A stretch of DNA of 64,000 nt, from contig CAYSSX010000001.1 in NCBI GenBank assembly GCA_964434115.1, positions 329,459-393,458 on the forward strand. The letters are read 5' to 3'. The stretch is from an uncultured bacterium (GTDB taxonomy: Bacteria; Omnitrophota; Omnitrophia; Omnitrophales; Aquincolibacteriaceae). Below, one piece after another: positions 28,201 to 33,327 of this stretch (position 1 is the first letter of the stretch; every line of letters starts with the position of its first letter). Position numbers and translations under genes: made by a program. The notes beneath the pieces are model-generated. The model saw only the letters and a program-made list of their open reading frames with translations, was not told the origin of the DNA and did no database searches.

Positions 28201-29811
28201 TTTCAAAAGAAGCGCGCGCGCGTCTGCAGGCGAACCCGCGCGGTTCTGAACCGCGGTGAGAAGCTGGTCACGGATCCCGCGATGAAAGGCGTCGTAGAGG
28301 TTGACCTCCCCCTTCTCCAAACGGAAATAAGCGCGCCAGGAAACATCGCCTTTCATCTGGCGCTCATAAGAAGTCTCTTGGGGGACGGCGCTGATTTCCG
28401 GCGCCAGCACCACAAAGGAAATGCCCCGCTCGCGGAACAGCCGCGTAAGTCCCGCGGTATGAAAACCTCCGGCCACAACCGCGGCGGAGGCAGGTTTCCC
28501 GCGCTCCAGAAGACGGGTAAGGTTCCGCATCATAAGGCTGTCGCGGGCCTCGGCGTTTTTGTAAAAGGTTTCCTGCGCGCGGAAGGCCCCGCTTTCAAAA
28601 CCCGCTTCAAACTCCTTCACGCGTCCGCGCATTTTTTCCCAATCCTCAAAACCCAGCTCCAGGGTCATCCATTTGCGCGTCATTTCAAGCCGCTCGGTTT
28701 CACGGTCAAGCGCCCGCTGGGCATCGCTTTGAAAAAGGGATTCTTTCACAGCGCCGGCATAGGCCTGGAACTCACGGAAAAAGAGGCTTCCTTCAAGCTG
28801 CTTCATTCTTTTCTCCGCCCAAAGCCCGCTCAAAAAGCCTGCGGGAAAAGCCGGTTCAAGCACGGTCCCTTGGGTCTGTTCATGCAGAAAAAGGGCAAAG
28901 GATTGGGGGCTTGCCTCGGAAGTTTGAAAACGCTGAAACTGTTCGTGAAATTTTTTGAGCTGTTCCTGGTGACCGGGAGCGGCGGGGTTCTCTTCCAGAA
29001 GTCTTTGAACTTTCCCGGCAAAGTCACGCAGAGCCAGACTTGAAGCTGTTTCACGGCCTTCCGCGGCAGCCTGTTCCAGCACCAGCGCGACCTGGGTTCC
29101 GGCATCCGGTTTCCGGAACGTCTCCAGCGTCTTAAGCACCTCCAAAAGCGGCGCCTTGTTTTCCTTAAACGCGAGAAGCAGGCGGTCAATGCGCAAAAGT
29201 TCCGGCGAATACAGCTTTTCTTTTTTTTGCTCCAAAGATGTTTCCAGTTTCAAGAGCACGGGTTCAAGCGCGGCTTTGCTTTTTTGCGCCGCGAGAAAGT
29301 AAGCCAGTCCCTCGTCATAAGCGGCCCGGTCTTCAAGTCCTTCGTAATCCGCAGGAATCCCGTTTAAAACCGCGGCCGCGGTCGGGCCGGCCAGTTCCCC
29401 TTTCCCCGAGAGCGAAGCCAGCACGCTCACAAGGCTTTCCTTGTCCGGATAACTGCGGAGGAGCTGCGGATCCAGGTGAGAAACAACGCCTTCAAGCGCC
29501 GTAAGCGAAGTTCCGTAAGTATTTTGAAAATGTTCGAGCAGGCGGCGGATGTTTTCCTGAGCTTCCGGAATAGCGTGCGCGTCCTGAATCAAAAAAACCA
29601 CGGGGCCTTTTTCCGCCTGAAAGACTTGATCCACGCGTCCCGCGCCCGAGGGAACTTTCAATTCTTTAAGATCCAGCGGCAAGGGCAGGAATTTCGGGGG
29701 CTGTTTATCCCGGGAGCTTTGCGCCTGAGCAGAGGGAACCTGCCCAAACGGAACCAGACAGAAAATCAGCGCAAGCGACACCACGCGCCTCATCCCGGAA
29801 TTTGAGATCAT
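9361..29811 (-). CDS. Giant modular secreted protein 1 (6816 aa): Sec signal peptide, conserved N-module, HEAT-like array, PEP-utilising-enzyme-like domains, triplicated module, conserved C-module
   Basis: A 20,451-nt ORF without a stop in a ~60% GC background. Sec signal MRRVVSLALIFCLVPFGQVPSAQA. Seven R-S-E-L-R boundary motifs. Its N- and C-terminal modules are shared with the 47491..59496 ORF. Confidence 0.85.
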   Translation of the reverse strand: MISNSGMRRVVSLALIFCLVPFGQVPSAQAQSSRDKQPPKFLPLPLDLKELKVPSGAGRVDQVFQAEKGPVVFLIQDAHAIPEAQENIRRLLEHFQNTYGTSLTALEGVVSHLDPQLLRSYPDKESLVSVLASLSGKGELAGPTAAAVLNGIPADYEGLEDRAAYDEGLAYFLAAQKSKAALEPVLLKLETSLEQKKEKLYSPELLRIDRLLLAFKENKAPLLEVLKTLETFRKPDAGTQVALVLEQAAAEGRETASSLALRDFAGKVQRLLEENPAAPGHQEQLKKFHEQFQRFQTSEASPQSFALFLHEQTQGTVLEPAFPAGFLSGLWAEKRMKQLEGSLFFREFQAYAGAVKESLFQSDAQRALDRETERLEMTRKWMTLELGFEDWEKMRGRVKEFEAGFESGAFRAQETFYKNAEARDSLMMRNLTRLLERGKPASAAVVAGGFHTAGLTRLFRERGISFVVLAPEISAVPQETSYERQMKGDVSWRAYFRLEKGEVNLYDAFHRGIRDQLLTAVQNRAGSPADARALLLKRWRDQILRDLASQGRLDEAGAYTRFLDEISKSKDSGPSAALEKIEQFIEQLKRLEQNGTLNEQNIAQLLRPAARPVDAVQGALEPGSRWGGPMIRITQTPEGLAIQASDLAQTRMAGTDAPVLDTASARSELRAEDDPVFEGLPPGYTELKKLRSGFIEDLKSSYTQVQPGALQENDLELQALGWVLRGGLPSGENPATTQALLLSSGNIRTLGIAYSSLGIYASDVIGYLFQQAKMGKHEAFYALADIFEADSEALNPEEKKQLIEGLIELSKTGQLEAARYLGVFYEYPPSALPAFLLTEITQAMSTAEDLPGLAYSLAALSSENTDLSDAWGFIDSNSAAAPFLIRSIARIYSRLTPNAPEAAERIYLKVMAEARSESFSARQEQALLGLAEMFAALPVSKRSEVSSLLSEKLAGEVLPAKRAARIAISMAFALRTQAPEDVLTPLPPWGPEQGKKPVFYKLVKQEFLMGFRDKYRNQIMEKAQAGDVLAIEALGHIYPSSSELAQQDILNLLKSKLSQTTVEGNAAVHAYGILFEFLSPAQRDSVYDIVKLWADNFKEGAFFGLIHMAKVYAKAENGSAKVESIKKIVYEVSQSEYPGSLAALGALAQIAGDPDDLSSAYTKLMQSNESEALLGLAELYSSLESGQRDAAYARILNYFILGIPYSGQALAVIGRQLGLDAGDEQRMEEIVQALLNGYSDGNPEAVKGLAEIYGLVPEGSSAIGSIVAAIGSLAENGSSAGLLAAAIIAGDVTAELSELKSEKSLPPYQFLPAKPFTQTLASSAGQGAEEGPSKEDILKAFQTAASQPEPDLPAGMVDFRNRSMAASFPALPPDKQTQFLKDLKAKGEPPGSGWPIDFSAILKVFSASKPEFNPYLISMAMAYGEAITPEHRAIVKNFPAVILKAARKGNPDGLVALGILAETMDPEADDYQQALEILFKEAEALNLTQGQNTDAGRVKSALWALAHVQYTFDQALHERLEKLVKKAGAFFPESKVRLEAVLYLHTESGDSADSPQGAAAYKALAAQIKTGALVANPALLAALAQGMASSDNEALNESIRKDLLQLVKEGKELTAFPYTAAIYDHLTPDEKSEFFKIILEKISKPEEQAALFAFYALGLIAREAWSDSLPAEENQEMPLIQNAALTALSIQSAKLPSQDLLVQLTSDIVQDQLVPKLLTLASQNNKHYTAAATAALGKLANKIPQKRIAAVFTTLKHKLNKLHSNALDRQAAVSSLISLYDYLDPHSKKLADNYLSEFVTAGELEYPIEGAHAAAFLSKLSPAMKSKAVEFKNALLLELESKFPSAEVFEAAAFLSSNAPEVLDPKMVKKILNKAPEKQMMIGLAYLLLGNQIPRKDDRESVFESALKKMQDNTADENALKALGLIFDSYGGAFGIHKEQFLRAAEVLLTVSSVQPEALAILANRYSFLPADVQQKILQAVAGQISSDIPAVLAAAGHLSLFDSLNPVQSPAAQIDAGIDLESVDQMQALHKQFLAELSALEAQGSGDAAVSEALHFAKSWAFDLLPEPAQLEWSGKIVSAVTKGTEGYGFSTEKDLPFFAMILATGAMIPAENDAVFNYLKSFGGGEAGYYEGLGYMLARWLAPDAGITPWYGAMRQEILLILDEQFELKNPGAVRGMAIALPGLTAEERAAVIDDLYEQAEIYQDASLRARIYPYLDKELRDNQRAELAALMQNHPEAVEGVLGHALPAVLSDDTAQASQLINLLFKRLEGASPSAAAAESLARVFGILGMEQRKELVGKIAGFPAPVRLRLLALLVREALNNGLLSATGDSNVSPAALSGILNMDPESSGTSHDFWTNLVQPDQQTGAGTPGPQSAPQYPWVTPSVSAEKPVSYYEFDPRDQVFHETTYSLSRTGSAGQSNAAARKLMGDFEAFEDLNAEVINLLMKQDKTVEDMRLLFSAMERMVKAYLVLFKKQNPGLSIDAISKSSSDLAGGRAIAKLFLSIREETEYALSILQPGAKDTDLLDPFINKMIQELDARSSASLILTPAEQTEKDHPALIKGVTYAEYRQYQQQVLGGIAKETARYDAIKGTSFHELVNIVHQKGVRNLSTLFPSDGSAAQGAVLLNQKGTGGALGPLLNVPFSYLDARSAPDSNHPLPVKLAAVALAKGQLIHRNNLLFPVKDAVILSTENRALINLPLGVHSARIQLSLAPVQETGRLFINYTDSGSYYAPGSNIRIDSLAAAFTAAGFKVRKVGYTLDASFDKDSNASSLAEMIEKLEFAIQALTSTKDLDLRINETDSLKTNPGQAAEKIAERFSEDGFLVRDSGVPFMLQAPRPDLAHWKGVGKEFNVPLEGTGQRFLDRLSRRLQQAADRSEAVYAPGGTLGFSVSFQEAALRSPVEALLQNLFPEGADGGLSLDARQTAALALMIRPFAEHRVLASVGRYEVERIVIPLLYEDLTIDLIKDPESQAYYGGAAYLGRFYSPEQTYDRARGIKLNGNHLSSEGLLELLKLHGFGQTHAGRELLKARSVETAPGQSSLDASVSSEEAVNSVAQVKGVFDPEGLFEKSTARHAVSPLSIGGLSVQPGKTLAVARFKKEGRSPEDFRGALWIGESADNTDDPHLFASLGIVMTTGGVQSHGSVRAGENRKPGSIFNTARITPEGFSFEGYSDYASETQIDFKGRTLSYYELKAGNQKTHTIREGDLVYLDAREGTLYVIAEAGEAGGKTLADFQAFLDWKNQSGYEAARQGQQAAEGAVIDLAPLEKLFKTLDSESLFRAILDELLDSNLLSPESLSRLMEALGDRKDLQGIVKDFLRGRAGNEVDNFEKGLADLLARLKSPLAQSPAGLDALYLDVERFMSRADSLQGMIALANGTWQGRITAKEIEAGKVSVRETAHRQIRIYLQALFYGIRDFLTRAAQFPAHELSMLLSYRSLILRAGAVGAPDQVLDAMGLSGDLQELESRTLTLRGERENEVKALQGLGILWKSDLKDRFSRPLAGGKGSNSAETLHAIEFLKSQNKIPAGFQVEAPQGFAIQPAEYERWFKTQGDLEEDLKRTLALAYRDLTVKQIESVLKLIEADDRTAAGIKQDLEKKILEPALNALRAAEDPVVIDGLVNLLRNFTVSFLSIYLPQAISVSLANRLRVLGAVAVRSSGLKEDSEEEAMAGMKETKLNVTGTAGLFAAVRDVWASGAESILIDEMINPKTSGTAFSADTASRDLSVVRIEAAHGLAKGLVDQTVKDPDYFLISKPSAKGQSYQFQREHIGQKQEKVVLDFESGGYAVIANDEALRSQSSLTREQQLAVAAVVDGFSAYFGYPVDVEFSIDADNRIIPLQVRPITTLREAVKRGQDALRSELRSEEEAESYRFIAAPADFGKVPGFSSRTYARSVSKGVTEFFFKKTRAYPFEDMGRFQLGNLTFRMVRFPESLQAERESSQSGGALVGAASPKYLLEVFLANEKGEGKWRKLDDVEIHDGQPLFIYRSKTSHVSLPGLFDLFLNKSEQLDAASQLDESGEIRDGRSAVVISWKDENGLVRNYYLPNMISPDRPETITQITRISRSAADDPGAADRITIDLDKAEAAQAPAAPKGWLPHQIEDFVRPGHLMLMTDVLGGQDFVILQNQGSTNGFHVEERLVPSPRKKAPKEPLSQDEQSLADDQEASEILESVQPEHSLVLQPRNFVEGDGGKLQFFYDGPFRIDYGSDPVIGFHVSEGRLYVQAQGHRPRAIKPNRVNLELGKQHFEVQYANGRVTVTNHNPDEASQIYVLKGGFPRSELRAMQDDEPGLPAVPGPGEGAMVPGGAQPSKPGGLLARIGNVIQKGVDRVKFNAAMRDVRRKSGSVDLHWFNQHVERGVEFSLSVLEVMLQPGTYAQLDRRARQHLAYFLLSRRLPEGYEPYVRQRLGRLDAEGVASAFLVNNGGEEIVPNILRYNTPEGNDLVRQLLKHHNPSVRRLVFQHLIRASTNHVGSASEILKAERFLGDQLSIRQVLEKFSENDDQGFYAYVPQPTLVDLRNIAELPFEVNLFNRGEQIVILKGNESSVSAMFPGKNTISSNLHNHPDDNIFPSGYQRRAYGFRSDEYRGDLMSVGSAGFHLIVTRRGILRFFREIGDVKGKPGEIKVRFQDKSEIDFKAQIIKEGAAERFYFDDDSPELLDDSGRVRAFRATGLLGPSGQVFGLQFYDWRSLAGSFLAGGKQKAFEKFIPPLLFNPGGLTEGQALEFENFFRDLIPIDDTARERLSKYEKAGVSAAQAGQAPAGGADYQTVSTAASSELMPYHAGGLEGALVSEIESVLPSLDQIEVHLQVLLASDYAAGIAFADGYLSAAQPPEVKQAVFKGLENGAQWLQGADADRYLSLGIMDPDSRVNGAALGLLGKAPQDSDILGAVKKAFTRSVEVTRLVRMTGRLNLSPEQKKGLFLFYTQSSAVYRNLLSESFSRDLYGYAPQDLFFSLVQAKLPPEMNEEIITAGYRNLSAFEMGGLEGTTGTGHIRLIPRLNLGDSELQRLAELMTRMGRPHAAQLYADQMKQPVTIIDEESVRTLGPSETRSDFLQELEGLTAADRKKKLLEWGGGWAQAYGRIKREDYKGAYRLEMEMEDVFRGLARWGLGEDFNRDLLNLLTHQIPKPRGETSAYLITEMGALLGGIPLSPDDAYGLYQSLSAQGMNFFNGKARRGIPVVIISIGESRYLTPMQKKGLFQKAFSDHAMASNHWLGDLYENDLSRPLYQSERNLEWALDALLAARLSPEEDMELIALIPMLRPETHASVVQSMAALGIEADARFGFMETVKTRHPEYLKHLKNYMAEKTRQSLEEQREALSGRRSAIATVLPDSGEPPLALPGPGSENRSELRAAFSLEQKSVLSMVSEWARSGIANQPGSDALVAGFNELISGMRDFPDAEIFARFTALIYRIRSDFQQVPLPQEMESAGLGQYALDSLMSQHRPTQFLGAHGIAYLGPALDLEFSAVPGLREKLLTELQSLASHSDGKDRSVMAAMLALGVPLKSVHAFGKFSGSLENATDSAEQHLLGAFNADQRPLIEDETLLNPAGPRLRELQKEEWFNLILSPERSGRIQQQLARLRMADHHYEAILQIARYRFMAPQAVAGIIELSHAQTPLYRGAPLHLLQLLSLAGPGSVERGLDEAISILVNQDSSLGMIEAALTMILGMGPAGSKASLEVVRVLQSRMNDEEEGVRFLAAETLGAIGNTSEFILDALKEAAEKDTQESVRYFSRNALASLKGLLEERGGDSGELSRSELRAAFTADQKAVIGLVADSLNASLASQPGSEEIRASLERLRDGLGNFPDSEIFARMAVALDRIRSTYPAMALPEELEDTGLGLYARALLDSEYRPNVLLAALGIAYLGPALSFEFTNDSRLRGELLQRLDALMATAGQEVDRRFVMAKIALGIPVREAFTGSRFSGADENLFGVAPMTASDYLRFFQRPDRSVAVQNLRNRLAEQPANFGIHFQLTPYRFLAYSVVPIAVFFLQHPEAYPAAHQHLIELIGHQGAGGIDQGLDELLRILQNSRDNPSLLGNVLKALTMSGPAASRAAPQVLPLLSGAAVLDETLMTSAVDALAALGNTNRNVLAALSLLSEDSRSESVRQAADRALDSLTGLSRERGEARSELRAAFTEDQKAVLEMVVDSLSASLAAQPDSGEIRASLQRLRAGISTFPDTEIFARITALIDRIRTTYPAMGLPQELEDTGLGLYARALLDSEYRPNALLAALGIAYLGPALSFEFAKEAGLRTQLLSGLRQWMRADGGQRRDRRLVSALMALGVTRARALSGKDFTGLEEDTITSSEVLVEAHTDIYPELEENGPLEMHRLNAAEYLNFIQAPNRAEIIQNEINLLMAPNAARFAGVLGLLPFRFFAHSTVPRMVELLQQAEAYPGEYGNLVHLIGFQGAGGLDLGMDALVHVLETPSLHGLNLNFAIMGLTIMGPAAVRAAPSVLKILTDDENPVDLLVVEDAILALGALGDTRQEILDELTHLAEQAPEQHLREAAAAALASLTALAAERGEEPRSELRDLAHQLAEGLVSNGFNPNQSQRVASGVAAVVQEVGLEDLAAELRLEGVRLAAEKKAAVSETAAPPKMDSRLAAFAQGWFVDALSVLQTEKLGAVLDVPGEEIALGRVLEENPALKGRFETLLVSKRMDLSLLDTEGIPLETLNDPANYRARFSLSNGESMPVISSPENAARLQGNASAFAVTLLGEAGTDDGFESAALIAMLSGALLTSHFAGTAERLKKNPEDRAEILKKVWAALLKGGQYEGPSFLQMDGDGVLSIDRGNLQRFITEFLSRKAVESAA
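10204..13755 (-). repeat. Intragenic tandem triplication of a ~370–410-aa module in giant protein 1
   Basis: The three units lie at about 12532..13740, 11416..12516 and 10219..11400. Each begins RSELRAAF.(E/D)QK.V and contains the block EIFAR...ALI.RIR...P...LP.E.E..GLG.YA...L.S..RP. Copies 2 and 3 retain ~150-nt near-identical DNA patches (11057..11205 vs 12168..12321). Confidence 0.85.
18260..19520 (-). other. PEP-synthase/PPDK-type nucleotide-binding (ATP-grasp) domain-like segment in giant protein 1
   Basis: GGKGSNSAETLH (19271..19294) resembles the GGKxANLxEM motif. AVRSSGLKEDSEEEAMAGMKETKLNVTGTAGLFAAVRDVWAS resembles VAVRSSAtaEDlpdaSFAGqqeTyLnv...avkrcwASL. TSGTAFSADTASRDLSVVRIEAAHGLAKGLV resembles SGVmFTidP.tG.rdvvvIeaswGLGe.vV. 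Confidence 0.6.
20300..20560 (-). other. PEP-utilising-enzyme mobile (phosphohistidine) domain-like segment in giant protein 1
   Basis: ARFKKEGRSPEDFRGALWIGESADNTDDPHLFASLGIVMTTGGVQSHGSVRAGENRKPGSI matches the ILV..TdP....Givte.GG.tSHaAivARe.giP pattern of PF00391-type domains. The conserved His is in the expected position. Confidence 0.6.
20600..27800 (-). repeat. Long HEAT/ARM-like alpha-solenoid array inside giant protein 1 (~2400 aa)
   Basis: Recurrent 30–40-aa units of the PBS-lyase/HEAT type, for example ALGALAQIAGDPDDLSSAYTKL, LLGLAELYSSLESGQRD and AVKGLAEIYGLVPEG. Boundaries are approximate. Confidence 0.5.
27817..29811 (-). other. Conserved N-terminal module of giant protein 1 (~665 aa including the signal peptide at 29719..29811)
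   Basis: Aligns by eye with the N-terminus of giant 2: FLIQDAHAIPEAQ vs LLKDAHAVPEAQ, VVAGGFHTAGLTRLFRERGISFVVLAPEISAVP vs LAAGGFHAEALSERLAREKISFAVVVPAVPALP, and WRDQILRDLASQGRLDEAGAYTRFLD vs WRDQVIRRLAAENRLAEAGQYTRFLD. The module ends at the first RSELR (27802..27816). Confidence 0.8.
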
Positions 29812-29895
29812 GCTCGGTTGGCCCTTATATTTATAGTGGTTGTTTTTGAAAGCCTTTAAGAAGCATACCTGCTGTACGGGCGGGTTACAAATAAG

Positions 29896-30507
29896 CTAAC
29901 TTGTTTCTGGAGGCGGCGTTAGAAGCGATGTTTTAACGGTCGCCTGAAGGGGGGCTGGAAAAGGCAGCTTTAAGGCCTCAGAACGGGCCTGGGCAGACAT
30001 CTTGTTCCAGGTCTTGCGCACGATTTCAATGATTTTGGATTCCTCGTGCCGGGATGCGAAATCCTGGAAATAAAACTCCAGAAAGACAAGGCAGGCGGCG
30101 TCTTCCAGAAGCTGGGCTTCCGGGTCTTCTTTGAGGCGCTCTTTGCGGATGAGCGCGGCCGCGCGGTTTTGAAAATCTTTCGCATAACCGGCCTCGTCAA
30201 GAATCCGGGAGCATTCGGAGGCGTGAAATTCTTTGAGCACGGTCCGCCATTTTAAATAACCGGCCCGGTCCATGGGGTAAGTTTCGCGCGGCGTGGTCCA
30301 GCGTTTCAAATGCTGGGCACGCACCGCCAGTTGAAGGACTTCCGAGGCTTGCGGTGCGAGCTTCAAAAGCCAGACCGACATGCGGCGGGAGTAAAGCAGT
30401 TCCTTGGGGTATTCACTTCCGTCCGCAGCCTTTTCACGCTGCGGATCCTGGGCATTCGCTTCATCGATCAGACAAAGTGCATTTTGAAAAGCGTTGTTTG
30501 CGCTCAC
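29896..30507 (-). CDS. Conserved hypothetical protein (possibly DUF4202-type)
   Basis: 203-aa soluble protein; no catalytic motif recognised. The family call rests on a loose resemblance (LAVRAQHLKRW). Confidence 0.4.
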   Translation of the reverse strand: MSANNAFQNALCLIDEANAQDPQREKAADGSEYPKELLYSRRMSVWLLKLAPQASEVLQLAVRAQHLKRWTTPRETYPMDRAGYLKWRTVLKEFHASECSRILDEAGYAKDFQNRAAALIRKERLKEDPEAQLLEDAACLVFLEFYFQDFASRHEESKIIEIVRKTWNKMSAQARSEALKLPFPAPLQATVKTSLLTPPPETS

Positions 30508-30516
30508 GGATTTTTT

Positions 30517-31095
30517 TTACGCCGGTTCAAAACGAAGGGTTCGAACCATCTTCATGAACCCGGGCTGATTTTCGGCAAACGTGGCCTCATCATCCGAAAA
30601 GGTCAGGGAAAAAAGCTGCCCGTTCTTGACCATCACGTAATTGAGATACATCAAATCACGCTTGCCTTCGAGCTGCTTTTTAAAGGGCGACTTCTTGACC
30701 TTGTACAAACAGTACTTTGCCGGAACATTGTCAACCGAAGTGCGGGCGTCCATCCGGATATCAATCACCTCAAACTGCGGGTAAAAAAGATCTTCCCAGC
30801 TCAAGGTCCCGATATCCTGCCCCTTCTTGGCTTCCTGAACCGCGACATCCAGTCGCGCGGCGGCGCCGGTCAGGGCATAGGACGCGGCCACTCCCTGGTA
30901 GCGGGAAGGCGCGGAAACCCAGCCGTCAGAAAGCTCCAAAGTAAAGGGCGGCTTTTCCCCGGGCGCGGCCTCCGCGGCAAAAGACGGAAGACCGGGGAGA
31001 CAGATACTGAAAACAGACGCGAGCACACAGGCCAGAAGCAAAGGTCTTTTGCATTTTTCTTTCTTCATACAGCCTCCTTCATCTTTCAAATTCAC
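30517..31095 (-). CDS. Secreted hypothetical protein
   Basis: Signal peptide MKKEKCKRPLLLACVLASVFSICLPGLPSFAAEA. The likely start is the internal Met at 31068. Confidence 0.5.
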   Translation of the reverse strand: MNLKDEGGCMKKEKCKRPLLLACVLASVFSICLPGLPSFAAEAAPGEKPPFTLELSDGWVSAPSRYQGVAASYALTGAAARLDVAVQEAKKGQDIGTLSWEDLFYPQFEVIDIRMDARTSVDNVPAKYCLYKVKKSPFKKQLEGKRDLMYLNYVMVKNGQLFSLTFSDDEATFAENQPGFMKMVRTLRFEPA

Positions 31096-31118
31096 GTTGT
31101 CCGGTCTTCACCCGGCGG

Positions 31119-31511
31119 TCAGGCAAACAAACGGCGCGTACCGGGTTTCCAGAAATAAAAAAGCCAAGCGCTTGGAACCACTAGGAAGAGAGACACCTGC
31201 GGGCGCAGAACCGCCGCAAATCGGTCCGCGATCGTCGGCTCCTGAAACAGCCAGAAATTCCAGGAAAAGTGAGCCGCGTAAAAACCAAACCCGAGCGCAA
31301 TGGCCCCCAAAAGCAAACTCAAGATCCAGCCCCAGCGCTTCAGAGTCCAAACCCCTTTCAGGGCCGCGAGGGTCAGCAGAAAAAAAACTAAAAACGAAGC
31401 CGTCCACGCGCTGAAACCTTCATCCCCGCTCCGAAAAGCCCAAACACAGGCCAGAAGCGAAAGCAGAACACCCGAAACCGAGACCGCCTTGATTTGTTTT
31501 TGTTTATCCAT
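31119..31511 (-). CDS. Small integral membrane protein (4 TM), hypothetical
   Basis: Four hydrophobic helices. Its stop overlaps the start of the upstream glycosyltransferase gene (31504..31511). Confidence 0.5.
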   Translation of the reverse strand: MDKQKQIKAVSVSGVLLSLLACVWAFRSGDEGFSAWTASFLVFFLLTLAALKGVWTLKRWGWILSLLLGAIALGFGFYAAHFSWNFWLFQEPTIADRFAAVLRPQVSLFLVVPSAWLFYFWKPGTRRLFA

Positions 31512-33216
31512 GGGTTTTTTCCGGAAGGGTTTGGGACGGCAGTTTAAAATCGTTGGTAATGAGAAGTTTCTGGCCTGAACGCTGAAGCGTCCGGTATTCC
31601 TTCACGCCGTAATTGTGAAGCTCCTCAAGCTTTTCATCATCCACAACCACAAAAAACCTTTGTTCCCCCGCGTTAAAACGCTTGCTCATTTCCTCGGAAG
31701 ATAAAAACCATTCTTTCATTTTTTCAAGATTCTCTTCCTGCTGGCTTTCCTCGGTCAAAGTCCCCCGGTCGCTGCCCACCACAATCACCCGGCGCCGGAG
31801 ATGGAAAATAAGGTCTGAATAATGGTCCGGAGAGGCGAAAACCGCTACCTTGTCTTCCGGCTTTAAGAGCGGCGCCAGGCTTTGAGCCAGCGGGTAAGTG
31901 CTTTGAAAAGGCGTGATCACTTTCATTCCAAGAATCGCAAAAAACAGCGTGGCATAAACAACTCCCGCCAAGGACGTGACCGCGGCCTGAATACGTCCCT
32001 TTGCGTAAAAAAAGTACGCGAGAAGCGCTCCGGCCATAATGAAAGCGGTGCCGGTCAGCACCACGGGCCGGAGGGAAGCAATTTCCGGATCATGAATAAA
32101 AAAGTGAATCACCGGATTCATGATAAAAAAGAGAAGCGTGCACAAAACCGCCGCGGCTTTCCACGCCCCGTCGGTGAGGCGGGCGGTCCAAGACCGCGCC
32201 TCGAGTTTTCCGGATTTTAAGGCGTCAAACAGAAGCGCGAAGAGAATGGCCGCGGGCATGCTCAGCGGAAGCAGATAATACGGAAGTTTTGATTTGGGCA
32301 GGCTGAAAAAAACAAAAATCACGGCCGCCCAGACCAGGAGGAGTTTTGTTTTTTTCTTCTGCTCCGATTCCGGTTCACGCAAGGCCCGGGTCAGCGCCGC
32401 GGGCAGAAAAAGAGACCAAGGGAACACGGTCGCGAATAAAATCGGAACGTAAAACCAGAATGGTTTCCGGCGGCCGAAGGTCTTGGTCGCAAAACGCGCG
32501 AAATGGTTCTTCACGATAAAGACATCAAAGAATTCCGGCTGGCGCACAGAGACCGCCCAGAACCAGGGCACAATCAAAACGGCAAGAATCAAAATCCCCC
32601 AGCCGATTTTCATATGCTTTATCTCAGCCAGGTCGCGCACCCACAGAAGAAAGAAAAAGAAAATCACGCCCGGGAGCACGAAACCAATCAGGCCCTTGGT
32701 CAAAAAAGCGAGTCCCATAAAAAAATAAGCAAAAAGATAGAGCCAGCGGCGCTTCTCAAAATAGGCGGTCATGAGGCAGAACATCGAGGCGCTCATCACC
32801 AACGTCAAAAGCATGTCAATGACCGCGAAACGCCCGACCAGCACATACCCCACGGACGTTAAAAGAAGAAGCCCCGCGAGGTCGGCGGTGGAGCGGCCAA
32901 AATGACGCCGCGTGAAAAACCAGCATATCAAAAGACCGAGAAAACCGGAAAAGGCGGGCACAAAGCGCGCGCTGAAGTGGTTCACGCCGAACACCGCGTA
33001 GGCGCCGGCGGTCAGAAGAGGCGCCAGGATGGGTTTTTCCAGATAATCCACGTAGTTGAACTGCGGGACAATGTAATCCCCTTCCTCATACGCTTCGCGG
33101 GCGATTTCCCCGTAGCGGCCTTCGTCAGAAGACCAAAGCGGAATGCGGTTGAGAAAAATAAAAAAGATAAAGACGGCTGCCGCGAGAAAGGCCGCGGGCT
33201 TAAGAAAATTTTTCAT
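31504..33216 (-). CDS. GT-C glycosyltransferase of the ArnT/PMT (dolichyl-phosphate-mannose protein mannosyltransferase-like) family
   Basis: N-terminal SDEGRYGEIAREA (DExRYAE-type motif), about 11–12 TM helices and a C-terminal soluble domain. Confidence 0.85.
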   Translation of the reverse strand: MKNFLKPAAFLAAAVFIFFIFLNRIPLWSSDEGRYGEIAREAYEEGDYIVPQFNYVDYLEKPILAPLLTAGAYAVFGVNHFSARFVPAFSGFLGLLICWFFTRRHFGRSTADLAGLLLLTSVGYVLVGRFAVIDMLLTLVMSASMFCLMTAYFEKRRWLYLFAYFFMGLAFLTKGLIGFVLPGVIFFFFLLWVRDLAEIKHMKIGWGILILAVLIVPWFWAVSVRQPEFFDVFIVKNHFARFATKTFGRRKPFWFYVPILFATVFPWSLFLPAALTRALREPESEQKKKTKLLLVWAAVIFVFFSLPKSKLPYYLLPLSMPAAILFALLFDALKSGKLEARSWTARLTDGAWKAAAVLCTLLFFIMNPVIHFFIHDPEIASLRPVVLTGTAFIMAGALLAYFFYAKGRIQAAVTSLAGVVYATLFFAILGMKVITPFQSTYPLAQSLAPLLKPEDKVAVFASPDHYSDLIFHLRRRVIVVGSDRGTLTEESQQEENLEKMKEWFLSSEEMSKRFNAGEQRFFVVVDDEKLEELHNYGVKEYRTLQRSGQKLLITNDFKLPSQTLPEKTHG

Positions 33217-33265
33217 CGGAACAGTTTGGGGTTGTGGGTTTAGAAAGTTTCGTTATTATAAAGAC

Positions 33266-33296
33266 TTGACGGCGCATCGCGAAGCTTTTTTACAAT
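33266..33296 (+). promoter_or_regulatory. Candidate sigma70-type promoter for the CPBP protease gene
   Basis: TTGACG (33266..33271), a 19-nt spacer, then TACAAT (33291..33296), 32 nt upstream of the ATG at 33328. The spacer is longer than optimal. Confidence 0.3.
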
Positions 33297-33327
33297 CTCT
33301 CGTCTCAAGCAACAGAAGCGGGGCTTC

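Noticed and set aside
9361-29811. Dozens of 60–340-aa ORFs on the opposite strand or in other frames inside the giant genes, for example 19516..20490(+), 26116..26856(+), 52999..54195(+), 44221..45399(+) and 4692..5723(+)
   Set aside because: They lie wholly within long, well-supported ORFs of a ~60% GC genome. Their translations are low-complexity and Arg/Gly/Pro-rich, typical of spurious antisense ORFs. None shows a recognisable domain.
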